This document shows positions 22,018 to 32,360 of a DNA stretch of 64,000 nucleotides, piece after piece. Each line of letters starts with the position of its first letter. The stretch's first letter is position 1. Both the position numbers and the translations under genes were made by a program. Source of the DNA: Salisapilia sapeloensis CBS 127946 (Eukaryota; Protista; Oomycota); assembly GCA_023334545.1 (NCBI GenBank), contig JAADVB010000089.1:1534-65533 (forward strand), given 5' to 3'. Below the pieces are notes generated by a model. That model made no database searches and had not been told where the DNA came from. It was given only the letters and a program-made list of their open reading frames with translations.

Positions 22018-23040
22018 ATGGCAGAGACATCTCCAGGTGATAAAGATAGTAGCTCTACAATGAACTCGACGTACAGTACAATGGATTCGAAACGTGTCAT
22101 TTTGATCACTGGAGGGACGTCTGGTATCGGATTCGAGTGCTGTAAAGCGTTATTGGAACGTTCCGACTTGCATGTGATGCTCGTCGGCAGTACACAACAA
22201 AGTGTTGATAACGCACTATCTAAACTGAAACCTTCAAAGTCTACGTCGGATACGCAATCGACGATTCAAGGGTTTGCATGCGACCTCTCCCAGCTAGCAA
22301 GTGTCCGTAGTCTGGTGAATGAACTCATATCGTCCAAGATGAAGCTGTCGACGATTATATGCAATGCTGCCGTCGAAGGTCCGCTCCATCCCATGACGGA
22401 AGATGGCTTTGAAACTACATTTGCAACCAATCATCTGGGACACTTCCTACTAACCACCGCGTTATTCCATGCTGGTGTCTTCGCGCAGCCGACTTCATCG
22501 ACGAAATCTCGATTGATCGTCGTGTCCTCTTCGCTGTACAACTCGCGTCGAACGCCGGATAATGGACCGGATGTCTCGAAATGGAAGCGCGTGGCATTTG
22601 GTGTGCAACCGGAATCCGACGCGACTTGGACATCCAGACAAGCCTACGCGACGAGTAAACTTTGCAACGTACTCTTTGCCCATGAATTTCAACGTCGGTA
22701 CGGAGATCAAGTCGACATGTATATCTTTTCCCCAGGCTTCGTCCCCGACACAAATTTATTCCGAAACCATTCGGCCATTGGATGGTTCTTTGCTAAAAAT
22801 TTGATAAAAGCCGTGAGTTACTGCAATGCAGTGGCAAAGATGAGCACGCCGAAGCGATCGGGAGACGTTTTAGCGAAACTTGGCGGTGATGTGGATGTGC
22901 AATATAAATCCGGATCTTTCATCTGGCTTGACGAGCTCCATGAAGCTAGTGACAAGAGCAAGGACCCTCGGATCGCAAAGCAACTATGGGAATTATCGAG
23001 TCACTGGTGTGATCAATCCGGATCCTCTAGAAGCGAATAA
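22018..23040 (+). CDS. short-chain dehydrogenase/reductase (protochlorophyllide-reductase/WWOX-like subfamily)
   Basis: ITGGTSGIG (TGxxxGxG), CNAA, TNHLGHFLLT, catalytic YATSK. Likely start ATG 22018, downstream of an Inr-like TCATTTC at 21971. Confidence 0.93.
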   Translation: MAETSPGDKDSSSTMNSTYSTMDSKRVILITGGTSGIGFECCKALLERSDLHVMLVGSTQQSVDNALSKLKPSKSTSDTQSTIQGFACDLSQLASVRSLVNELISSKMKLSTIICNAAVEGPLHPMTEDGFETTFATNHLGHFLLTTALFHAGVFAQPTSSTKSRLIVVSSSLYNSRRTPDNGPDVSKWKRVAFGVQPESDATWTSRQAYATSKLCNVLFAHEFQRRYGDQVDMYIFSPGFVPDTNLFRNHSAIGWFFAKNLIKAVSYCNAVAKMSTPKRSGDVLAKLGGDVDVQYKSGSFIWLDELHEASDKSKDPRIAKQLWELSSHWCDQSGSSRSE

Positions 23041-23136
23041 AAAATCTTCGAATTATGTATTGAAGTGCGTTTAAAGTGGTTTATAGAGGTTGCTAGAAGG
23101 TCGTCCGATTAGACAACATCCCTCAGACTCAGGAAT

Positions 23137-24036
23137 ATGGCGAGTCATGGCGTCATTAATGCCATCTTTGGGTCGTATGACCTCAGCAACGCCAAAAATT
23201 GGCGCAACGATGACATTGTCTATCGGGAACAGCAAGTCCAATGGCTGAATGACGACATTGCTCGCGCACACGAGTGGCGTCGAGCAGATATCATTCGCGA
23301 ACTGCGATGCGAGAAGCTAGAGAGTGAACACATTGCTTGTGATGCCCGAGCAGACCAACTTTCGACGGTAGCAGAGCAATGTGCTCTATTATCTGGTTTT
23401 TGTATCATCTCGATGTCGAATCTAGGTCTCCCAGACGACCTAAATTACGTCGTTTTCTTCCTATATGCGGTTTCCTGCTCTGCTGTCGCCATCACCTTGT
23501 TCCTAAGCGCAGTCATGTGCACGACTCTCACGCTTGCTGTTACAAGGTACGCTGGTGAAGAGCTGGAGCATAAAGTCGAAGCTTTGGACTTGACAGAGCT
23601 CCATGGAGATTCTCCATTTGGTCTCTGGTGGATCCACCGTTGCGAGCAGCAGCAGATGACGGCATACAAGTTTCTTGTTGTCGGCATCTCCATGTTCTTC
23701 CTCTACCTCGTGCTCGTCATTTGGATACAATTCGACCATTCGCTCATTACTACGACCTCCATGTCGGTAGTCATCGGCGTCGCGTTCCTCACGTGGCAAT
23801 TGCGCATGATCAGTCGATGGAGATACCTTTTCACACCTCCTAGGGCACCAAGACATTTACAACACACGCTACTGAACGCATCGCTAGAGGCACAGCAACG
23901 CCAAGCTCGAGCGTTTTCATCCAATTCCTTCATGCAAAACTCTGAAACGAGGAAGAACAATGCCAGTACTTTCGACATCCCAATCTCCCCTACGACACAA
24001 AGCAGCAGAACAAATTACGTCCAACATCAAAGCTAA
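23137..24036 (+). CDS. Orai/CRAC-family 4-TM channel-like protein with non-canonical pore residues
   Basis: TM1 ALLSGF motif (AEQCALLSGFCIISMSNL), four hydrophobic helices, TM3 ending W.QF, and an N-terminal repeated W..(D/A)D helix. Confidence 0.85.
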   Translation: MASHGVINAIFGSYDLSNAKNWRNDDIVYREQQVQWLNDDIARAHEWRRADIIRELRCEKLESEHIACDARADQLSTVAEQCALLSGFCIISMSNLGLPDDLNYVVFFLYAVSCSAVAITLFLSAVMCTTLTLAVTRYAGEELEHKVEALDLTELHGDSPFGLWWIHRCEQQQMTAYKFLVVGISMFFLYLVLVIWIQFDHSLITTTSMSVVIGVAFLTWQLRMISRWRYLFTPPRAPRHLQHTLLNASLEAQQRQARAFSSNSFMQNSETRKNNASTFDIPISPTTQSSRTNYVQHQS

Positions 24037-24174
24037 TATACACTATCCACTTTCATTTCTACTAGCTTGCATTCCTCATGCACGTCAATAGCTCCTAGCG
24101 AGAGCATGGAAACCCAGGAAGGCGATGAGGTCGTGCGAAGGTAGCTCAAAGGTAGCTTTTATCACCATAACAAG

Positions 24175-26568
24175 ATGGAGCCATCGGATGTCACGTCCTC
24201 GGCGCCTGCACACGGCCACCGCTTGCAGATTGCAACATGGATTATCCTTGCTGGTATCTGTGCACTTAGCATTTCCATTCGCATCTTTCCCGTCGCTTTA
24301 TGGGGCAGTGTACGTTCACTATTGCATATTACGTGCTCTATTGTCACCGAATGATGATACAACCTATCTATCAAGTCCTCATTCATCTTGTCATTTGCAA
24401 CTATCGCTTCTTACATCGTTGCACAATATCATTCTTCCCTCTAGACCATTATAGACATGCAAATATACTAATAAACGAGTTTCCAATAGGTCATTCACGA
24501 GTACGACCCACAATTTAATTTCCGTGTGACCAAGTTCCTGTCGCAATACGGCATTCAGGATCTGCTCTCTTGGTTCGATGACCGAGCATGGTATCCTCTA
24601 GGTCGCAGTGTTGGAACTACACTGTACCCAGGTCTCATGCTCGCAGCCTCCAGCATCCAATACGTCCTGCACGTCCTGTCGTTCCAAGTGGAGATTCGCC
24701 ACATCTGTGTCTTTCTAGCTCCTCTATTCGCAGCCTTATCCTGTATCTCTCTCTACTTCTTAACCAAAGCCGTTACGAACAAAACGTCCACCTCTCTCTT
24801 ATCCGCAGCTCTACTCGCTGTCTCTCCAGCATACCTCTCTCGCTCGACTGCTGGGTCGTACGATAACGAAGGCATCGCAATCTTCCTTCTTATCCTCACG
24901 TTCTATTGTTGGGTCCAGGCAGTACAACATGGCTCCATGTTCTTCGCTAGTCTAACAGCCTTGGCTTACTGCTTCATGGCTTTGTCCTGGGGAGGATATG
25001 TCTTCATCCTGAACATCATTCCACTCCACACACTCGTGGCGCTTGTCCAAGAAGGTGCTTCACCTCGAGTCTACATTGCCTACTCCAGTTTCTACCCACT
25101 CGCGATGCTTCTGTCGATGCAAGTACCGTTCATCGGCTTTAATGCAGTCCTACAAGGCGAGAGCATGGCAGCTAATGGCGTCTTCGGTCTCCTTCAAATC
25201 TGGGCCTTTGCAACGTACTTGAGATCAAAGCTATCTCCAACTGCCTTTGCAGCCTTGATTAAAGGCCTCAAGGTCACCGCTCTTGTTGTTATTGTTCTAA
25301 TTTTCATCTCCATTGTCTTCTTTCGTAAAATGCAGTGGAGTGGACGTAGCCTTACGCTACTTGATCCTACGTATGCCTCCAAGTACATTCCAATCATTGC
25401 TTCCGTTGGTGAGCATCAGCCGACGAATTGGTCCAACTTCTACCTCTCTCTCGGTCCTTCCATGCTCTTCATGCCTCTTGGTCTCTACTATAGCTTCGAA
25501 CGCTCGACCATCGCATCGTCCTTCATGATCGTCTACAGCATCACAGCGCTCTACTTTGCTGGTATCATGATCCGCCTCCTACTAACACTTGCTCCAGCTG
25601 CCTGTTACCTCAGTGCTGTCGGTTTCTCAGAACTCTTGACAGGTCTGTCACTAATGTGTCAACCAGCACCAACGCTCGAGATACCTCCAAAGCCAGAAGC
25701 AAAAACATCTATGCGTAAGAAGAAGGCGATGCAAGTGACTCCGCCAGAGAACGAAGAAACAGACTTTGTATTCATCGTTATTGCCAAAATCGGTAACGTC
25801 CTGTCCTTCCGACCTATGAAAAAGAGTTTCCAGGACACTCCGAGTCCAGTGAAACTTCTACTCGTTGCTGTCACTGTACTCTTGATCATTCATATTCGCC
25901 ACTGCTCGGCTGTTGCACGGAAAGCTTATTCGTCTACATCTTTACTTTTTGAACGACAGAACCGGACGACTGGAGAGTACATCATACGCGATGATCTTCG
26001 AGAAGCATACTGGTGGCTACGTCAGAATACACCAGGGGACACAAAAGTTCTTAGTTGGTGGGACTATGGCTATCAATTGTCTGTCATGTCGAATCGAACG
26101 ACGCTAGTAGATAACAATACGTGGAATAATACACACATCGCTACGGTCGGACGAGTCCTTACGTCTGATGAGGACGCAGCATTGCCAGTGCTCGAGAGTC
26201 TCGATATAGACTACATTATGATCTTGTTCGGAGGTCGAGCTGGTACCCCTGGAGATGACATTGATAAGATGTCGTGGATTCTACGGATCGCAGAAGGTGT
26301 GTTCCCGGAAACAACGATTGAATCAGAGTACTTGTATAAGGAGAAGATGGTCGTTGGTGAGAATGCGACTGCTCGAATGCAGCAGAGTCTCTTGTACAAG
26401 TTTAGCTACTACGACTTTCGAAATGAAGAGGATGGAACGAATTATACTGCCATGGATCTTAATCGTCGGGTACCTATCGATTCAAGCGGCATTCAATTAA
26501 AACACTTTGAGCCGGCATTTACGACTGAAAATTGGATCGTTCGACTGTATCGTCGAAAAAGACAATAG
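24175..26568 (+). CDS. STT3: oligosaccharyltransferase catalytic subunit STT3, 2 exons
   Basis: Exon 1 is 24175-24309 and the intron is 24310-24489. Exon 2 starts VIHEYDPQFNFRVT and contains GSYDNE, SVGEHQP, WWDYG, DNNTWNNTHIATVG and DDIDK. Confidence 0.97.
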
Positions 26569-28255
26569 GACTGAGATTAGTAGAATGCAAACCTTTTCAT
26601 GTTTGAAAGTACTTTGGTCATGCATAAACTGATGATTGTCGTGGGTTTGGAGTCGAATGACGAAACTTGGTGTGTCCAGAGAACGTCACTTTGCCAGTGC
26701 ACATATATATATATTCCTGCTTTTAGCTTTCACCTTCGGCATCTATTGACCAAAGCCGTAAAAGATGTCCTTAAAGATGTTCGGATAGCCGAAAAGGACT
26801 TTTCATTCATTGATGTAGTAATAGAGGCTCATAGTCGGATTGGTATGCATACCTCATTTATCTTTTACGCTCAAGCAGATAGAATGATCTTCTGTTTGCA
26901 CTCGACATAATATTTAGCTAAATCACATGACCAACTTATGGGTAAATATGCGAAGGAGGCAAAGATAGAAATAGTTTCTTATGGTTGCTACGTGGAAACT
27001 GTCTTTGCTCATGTGATCACTTTGTGGTCACCTAGCTGATATACACGACTCCAGGACTACCAGCAATAGCTGCTCTATCTTTAGTTCCATCCAAATAGAT
27101 CATTTTACGATCCTACGCGCGATTCGGTATCGTTGTAGCAAGTTGAAACGATTGCGGCCACCTTGCATGGCCGCATCGTGCCTCATTTACCATCAGGTCC
27201 ATTACTTTACATGGTAGTGATTTAAAACAAGATTTCTATTCATTATAATCTCCGCTATGCATGCCTTTAATTGCACCCGCACACCTAAAAGTACCTGTAC
27301 CAGAACAGGTTGTAGTAGATGGATTTTGCATGTGACAACAACCAATACTAGTTTAAGTTCGAAGCATGGGGTTTGCAGTGCTGTCAACATCTATTTTTTC
27401 TTTTCGTTCTAGACAGAGACATCAATCTTCAACTACGTTTTCATTGCTAGATTGTCGTGATCTACTTTATCAGGTACCGATCAAGAAGAAACTTGATTTC
27501 GGATAAAAGATATCGTCATATAAAGAAAAATTTAAAATCGAAATAAAAAGAAATAATAGTTTCATGCAACTATAGCACAAGTACGGAAACTGCTATTGCA
27601 TTTATCTGACAGTCAGAATGCTGGACATCGGTTGCCAAGTAGCTTTTGTGTCGTAAACTTCATTTATGCTTCAGCGGATAATCTGATAGTCGGCAGTCTA
27701 TGAAGGCACAAAGACAAATTTAGATCACACAGCCAGTTGTCCTGCAGCACCAGTCAAAAGATTGCTTCCACGTCGAAAGACACATGACAACGACAGCATC
27801 ATCTACCGACCAATCTAAAGACCCTGTCAATCCAACTCATAACGCAGACATCTAGTCAAGAACATGTTTTCTCAACATGCACGCTGTATCAGACCATTGC
27901 TGCTTTTGAGTGTCTCTATCCACCATATTTAATACTTATACATGTCTCTATCTTGCCCGAAGCGAAAAGCTCAAAAGTAACATGGCTACAAGAACTTCGA
28001 GAAACTTCTTCCCGCAATGCACAACTCACTCTTCCCAACTCTCCTTATCTGTCCAACACTTCAGTCATCCTCCATCCTCTCTAAACTAGAACTCAGATAT
28101 TATCATACCACAAGTCCACAATCGAGCACCCTTCCGTACGGATATAGCAGTTGAAATCAGTATCCAACACTCTTTCCTATAGTGAATGATGGTCTATTTC
28201 TTATCCTTCTATCATCCTCCACACAATTGTATTTCGAATCTACTACGCACCTACC

Positions 28256-29536
28256 ATGGCATGGAACATGACTGCAACCGCGGCGCCAGTCGCACCAACT
28301 CGACAGAAAACTATGCAAGAGATTATGGACGAAGAATTAGCACAACAAATGTATGAAGAAGAATGTCGTGGTCTGGAGCATGACATTAATCCGGAACGCC
28401 AGAACAATGTCTTTGCCCACATGGCACCATCAGCTCAATTCGAAGACACTCGTGCCAATTGGTTGAATGCAGAGACAGCCAACCTGGAAGATAAGGAGCC
28501 ATCGACTGATACAGACAGCAGCATTCCTACTGCCAAGACAGATCTTCGACTCGGGAGTAGTCCGAAGAAAGCATCGAGCAGCACTCTTCCTCGTCCGGTA
28601 GATGACTTTGCCAAGACACATAGCTCATTTCGTGAAGCCATGCGTCGACAGTACAAGTCGGACAAGAAAGGCTTGTCTGGACGAGTGGAAGCAGCTACGC
28701 ATGCTACGCGCGAAGGTGTATTGGACGAACGTACGGAACGTTTGATGCAAAAGCTAATCAATCGAGAAGAATTGGATGAAATGCACGGTATTGTCCAAAC
28801 GGGCAAAGAGGCACATGTCTTCCATGCCGTCGGAACTGACCCGGACACTTTTGCCGAAACGCATTTCGCGGTCAAAATCTTTAAAACGACATTAAACGAA
28901 TTTAGCAATCGACATGAGTACGTCACTGGTGACCATCGCTTCCAGCCGAACTTCAACAAGCATTCCAACCGACAGCAATTGCATACGTGGACCGAAAAGG
29001 AGTTCAAGAACCTCCATCGAGCGATTCAAGCCAAGATCCGAGCGCCACTACCGAAAGTCTTTAAGGAACATGTCTTGATTATGGAGTTTATCGGCGTCGA
29101 AGGCTTCCCTGCTCCACCACTCAAGGATGTATCGTTCGAGACGAAGCAGGAGATGGCAAGTGCCTACGTACAGATCTTAAAGTCCGTCCGGGAGCTCTAT
29201 CAGACAGCTCGTTTGGTCCATGGTGACTTGAGCGAGTACAATGTCCTGTACTTGGACAGCAAGTGCTGGCTCATTGACTTTGGCCAAGCCGTGACGACGA
29301 CACACCCAGAGGCTGAGACCCTGCTCGTACGCGACATGGATAATATCCGACAATTCTTTTTGAAAAGAGGGCTAGAAGCTTCAGATGAAGATGACTTGAC
29401 AGTCCTAAGTCGAGAGGAAGAAGTGGCATATGTGACGACGGAAAACGATGCTTTGGACACGATCCAATCTGCTAGTATGCAAACGCTTGTACGCGAGACA
29501 CAAGTAGGACGAGGTGATGTTCAAGACACGGAATAA
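28256..29536 (+). CDS. RIOK3: RIO-family atypical protein kinase, RIOK3-like
   Basis: QTGKEAHVFHA, AVKIFKT, VLIMEFIG, LVHGDLSEYNVL, IDFGQAV; N-terminal MQEIMDEELAQQM motif resembles RIO3-type kinases. Confidence 0.88.
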   Translation: MAWNMTATAAPVAPTRQKTMQEIMDEELAQQMYEEECRGLEHDINPERQNNVFAHMAPSAQFEDTRANWLNAETANLEDKEPSTDTDSSIPTAKTDLRLGSSPKKASSSTLPRPVDDFAKTHSSFREAMRRQYKSDKKGLSGRVEAATHATREGVLDERTERLMQKLINREELDEMHGIVQTGKEAHVFHAVGTDPDTFAETHFAVKIFKTTLNEFSNRHEYVTGDHRFQPNFNKHSNRQQLHTWTEKEFKNLHRAIQAKIRAPLPKVFKEHVLIMEFIGVEGFPAPPLKDVSFETKQEMASAYVQILKSVRELYQTARLVHGDLSEYNVLYLDSKCWLIDFGQAVTTTHPEAETLLVRDMDNIRQFFLKRGLEASDEDDLTVLSREEEVAYVTTENDALDTIQSASMQTLVRETQVGRGDVQDTE

Positions 29537-29559
29537 CTTTTTAAAACTCTCTTTTGCCA

Positions 29560-30372
29560 TTAAGTCGCTTTTAACCGTCGAAGTAGATTTTGTAAATCCT
29601 TGATACTCATCTGTGCATTTCCATCAGCTTCTTTCACATATTCCAATATCTTCTTATGTGGGATTTTAATCCGAGCAAGTATCGCGACGGTCTCTTGGAC
29701 GTGACTGCTCAAAGCGTTTCGGACACGAGGATAGCGTTTATAGATCTCTTGGTTGACAGCATGGTTATGACAAGCATGCTGGGATGTCACGACGACGTGC
29801 CAATTCGCTCCACGACGTTGGACGCATGCGTTGATACGAGCAGGGCATTCTAACGATCGATGTCCTCGGATGCTCCGATCGCCTTTGGCACGTAAGCGAG
29901 GCTTGCCTGCGTGCGTGCATACGAGTGTTTTCACGTAGACTGGGAAGCTTTCTTGTGGAATTAACGGCGATAAATTACGTTTGGTCATGATCGAATTGCG
30001 ATGGCTCGTCGGCGTGGCCGTCCGGACGATATAGTGTTGATACGTCTGACCTTCATACGTTCGAATGTACGCATGGAAGTCTTCCCATGACACAAAGATA
30101 GATTGGTCGAGTTTCGGTACTGGGACAGGTGTCGATGACAAGGTTAGTTCACCACTATGTGGCGTCGACGTCGTGTCCGACGGTATGTCCGAGGACATGG
30201 CAAGAGCTGATGCATCGTCATTCGGAGCATTCTCCGAGAAGGCGGACTCATGGAGGAGGATAGGTGAATGGACATTGGGTACATGTGTGGATGGTGTCAA
30301 TAGAAAGTCGTTGGAGGCATTCACATCGCCTTTGAGTGGCATGGAAGCGTTTTCCTCCGCCATCGCCTCCAT
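29560..30372 (-). CDS. FAR1/ZSWIM3-N-like (MULE-derived WRKY-GCM1 fold) DNA-binding protein
   Basis: SWEDFHAYIRTY...LVCTHAG...CPARINA...HNHAVNQEIY pattern typical of the N-terminal domain of oomycete MULE-related proteins. First ATG at 30372; no DDE domain follows. Confidence 0.75.
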   Translation of the reverse strand: MEAMAEENASMPLKGDVNASNDFLLTPSTHVPNVHSPILLHESAFSENAPNDDASALAMSSDIPSDTTSTPHSGELTLSSTPVPVPKLDQSIFVSWEDFHAYIRTYEGQTYQHYIVRTATPTSHRNSIMTKRNLSPLIPQESFPVYVKTLVCTHAGKPRLRAKGDRSIRGHRSLECPARINACVQRRGANWHVVVTSQHACHNHAVNQEIYKRYPRVRNALSSHVQETVAILARIKIPHKKILEYVKEADGNAQMSIKDLQNLLRRLKAT

Positions 30373-30491
30373 CTTCCAGAACTGGTCGAACACTTCCTAG
30401 CTACACGGAAGGGATGTACCATAAATGTGCCGACAACAAAAGCGTTTCAAGGTTTATTATGGTTACGAGCATCTAAATACGCATTCTCTGC

Positions 30492-32144
30492 TCATGACAA
30501 TACGAGCTGGAAGTCGGAGATTAATGCAAAGATGAGCGTGACGATCGATAAGATCACTAGTGTGAGCAATCGCCTTGAATCCCATGCCGAATGTCGCCAC
30601 GGATACAATTTCCAGTAATACACGGTCGGCAGGATGTAGCACAAGAGCAAGAGCGCAGTCGATCCGACGAACGAAAAGACGAACTCGACACCAGGGACGT
30701 GCAATGCACACAAGACTTGCGTTGCCAACAGAAGAAATGCGACCGCAGCTTGGGCCATCCACTGCCCCATCCGATGTTTCCATCCGAATGCTTGTCTTCG
30801 CAACTCGGTCGTACTAACGTTGCGACATCGTATTTCCAACATTAACTCCTTTAACGGATGAAAGAGCAACGGAAACGACAACAAGATGGAGCCAAAGAGC
30901 GCTACACATGGGATCGTCATGATCGCGTCGTCATCCAGATTAAGCAAGATGTTGCCCTTCGTTGCTGAACCGTAGATACTCGCAGCGCAGTATCCAAAAC
31001 TTCCGTATAACAAAATGCACACAAACGCTGCTGCATAAACGTAGTATCGCATACGCCTTCCAGCTTGATGGAAATCGCTGTTGAACGCAATATCCAGCAA
31101 CCCGGAGCTGCTCGCAGTGTGGAACAATGACTGGAGTCCAGACTGACTGTGTGTCTCATTCCAACGCTGTGCGACTAATTGGGCCAGCAACGGGATCACA
31201 TTGAGATGCATCATAAAGGTGAAATTGTAGATGCCAAAGACTTCTGCAAAGTGAACCCCACTTGGTGACTCTTCCGGATGTACATTTCCTTTCTCCGGTA
31301 AGTCGTTCGGCAACGTGATGGCACGATAGGTTACTGCCGCCACTAGATACAGCACAAACGTGAAGCTTAGATAGGAAGAGTATCGTAGCGCCGAGATATT
31401 CTTCAACGTGCCAAGAGGCAATGCGACAAGAAGAAACACAAGCCAGACTGTGCGCAATACAAGCGTGTCTTGCGTTTCCATCGGCATGTCTTCAAAGGCA
31501 GTGCTGCTGAACGCATACGCGAATGAAAGAATCGTTGGTGCCATGTCTTTCACAACACGAACGCTACCAACGCATGCTCCAAACACAGCAAACGCAGTCG
31601 TAAACGCGACAAAACGAGCGAGCTTCGTTCCGCCTGCTCGTACAGCCAGTTCCTGATACGTTTCCTTCATCTCGGCTTCACTTGATTTACATGCAACGGC
31701 AACATGTACACGCAAGATAATGTCGGCCGTAAACGCCATGGCTGTACCAACAACTACAAGTACGATAAAAGCTGAAGTGGGCGATAGAAGAAGGAACGTG
31801 TAGGGTATGGACAAGGTGCCGGCGCCAATGGCCGACATGAGCAATGTAAACGGTATGGCACAATAGCTCGACACTTGTTTAAACCATGTCAAAATGCCGT
31901 TTCGAGTGTCTGGAGCAGTCAATTGTAGAGAATTAGTACTGCCCTTTAATGTTTCTCCGGATAATGCAGCAGCAGCGTCGATGGAGATGAGCTCACCATC
32001 ATCAAGTACGGATGGGAAGCCTCGCTCAAAAGAAGCGAGGTGTTCTCGGCCTTGAAGTTCTGGCGATAAAGATGCCGAGCGACCTGCTGGCGCAGATAGC
32101 AATGGATGTTGTTCGTAAGTTCCTGTCATCTCGTCGCATACCAA
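30492..32144 (-). CDS. amino acid/auxin permease (AAAP, SLC38-like) transporter
   Basis: About 11 TM helices; FTLLMSAIGAGTLSIPY, FMMHLNVIPL, GNILLN, SFPLLFHP, GSTA motifs. Confidence 0.93.
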   Translation of the reverse strand: MVCDEMTGTYEQHPLLSAPAGRSASLSPELQGREHLASFERGFPSVLDDGELISIDAAAALSGETLKGSTNSLQLTAPDTRNGILTWFKQVSSYCAIPFTLLMSAIGAGTLSIPYTFLLLSPTSAFIVLVVVGTAMAFTADIILRVHVAVACKSSEAEMKETYQELAVRAGGTKLARFVAFTTAFAVFGACVGSVRVVKDMAPTILSFAYAFSSTAFEDMPMETQDTLVLRTVWLVFLLVALPLGTLKNISALRYSSYLSFTFVLYLVAAVTYRAITLPNDLPEKGNVHPEESPSGVHFAEVFGIYNFTFMMHLNVIPLLAQLVAQRWNETHSQSGLQSLFHTASSSGLLDIAFNSDFHQAGRRMRYYVYAAAFVCILLYGSFGYCAASIYGSATKGNILLNLDDDAIMTIPCVALFGSILLSFPLLFHPLKELMLEIRCRNVSTTELRRQAFGWKHRMGQWMAQAAVAFLLLATQVLCALHVPGVEFVFSFVGSTALLLLCYILPTVYYWKLYPWRHSAWDSRRLLTLVILSIVTLIFALISDFQLVLS

Positions 32145-32360
32145 GGGAGGCGCAGTGTCCTGGAATCGTCATGTGGCTCTACGACAGAATACTTCGAGTT
32201 GTAAAAGACATTCACGGTAGTATCTGACGATTCTCGACTGAAGTTTCTCATTGGTCGTGTTAAAGCCCAATGAGCAACATGGAGGAAGGCGGACTACTTT
32301 GGTAGGAGAGGAGAACGTCTACTAGCATTTATAAATTTGCTTCGAATATATCAAGTAAGA

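Noticed and set aside
24310-24489. Unusually long (180-nt) STT3 intron containing a box C-like ATGATGA, suggesting an intronic snoRNA or hidden microexon
   Set aside because: No box D (CTGA) in the intron, and the flanking exons already join into the contiguous conserved WGS-VIHEYDP sequence.
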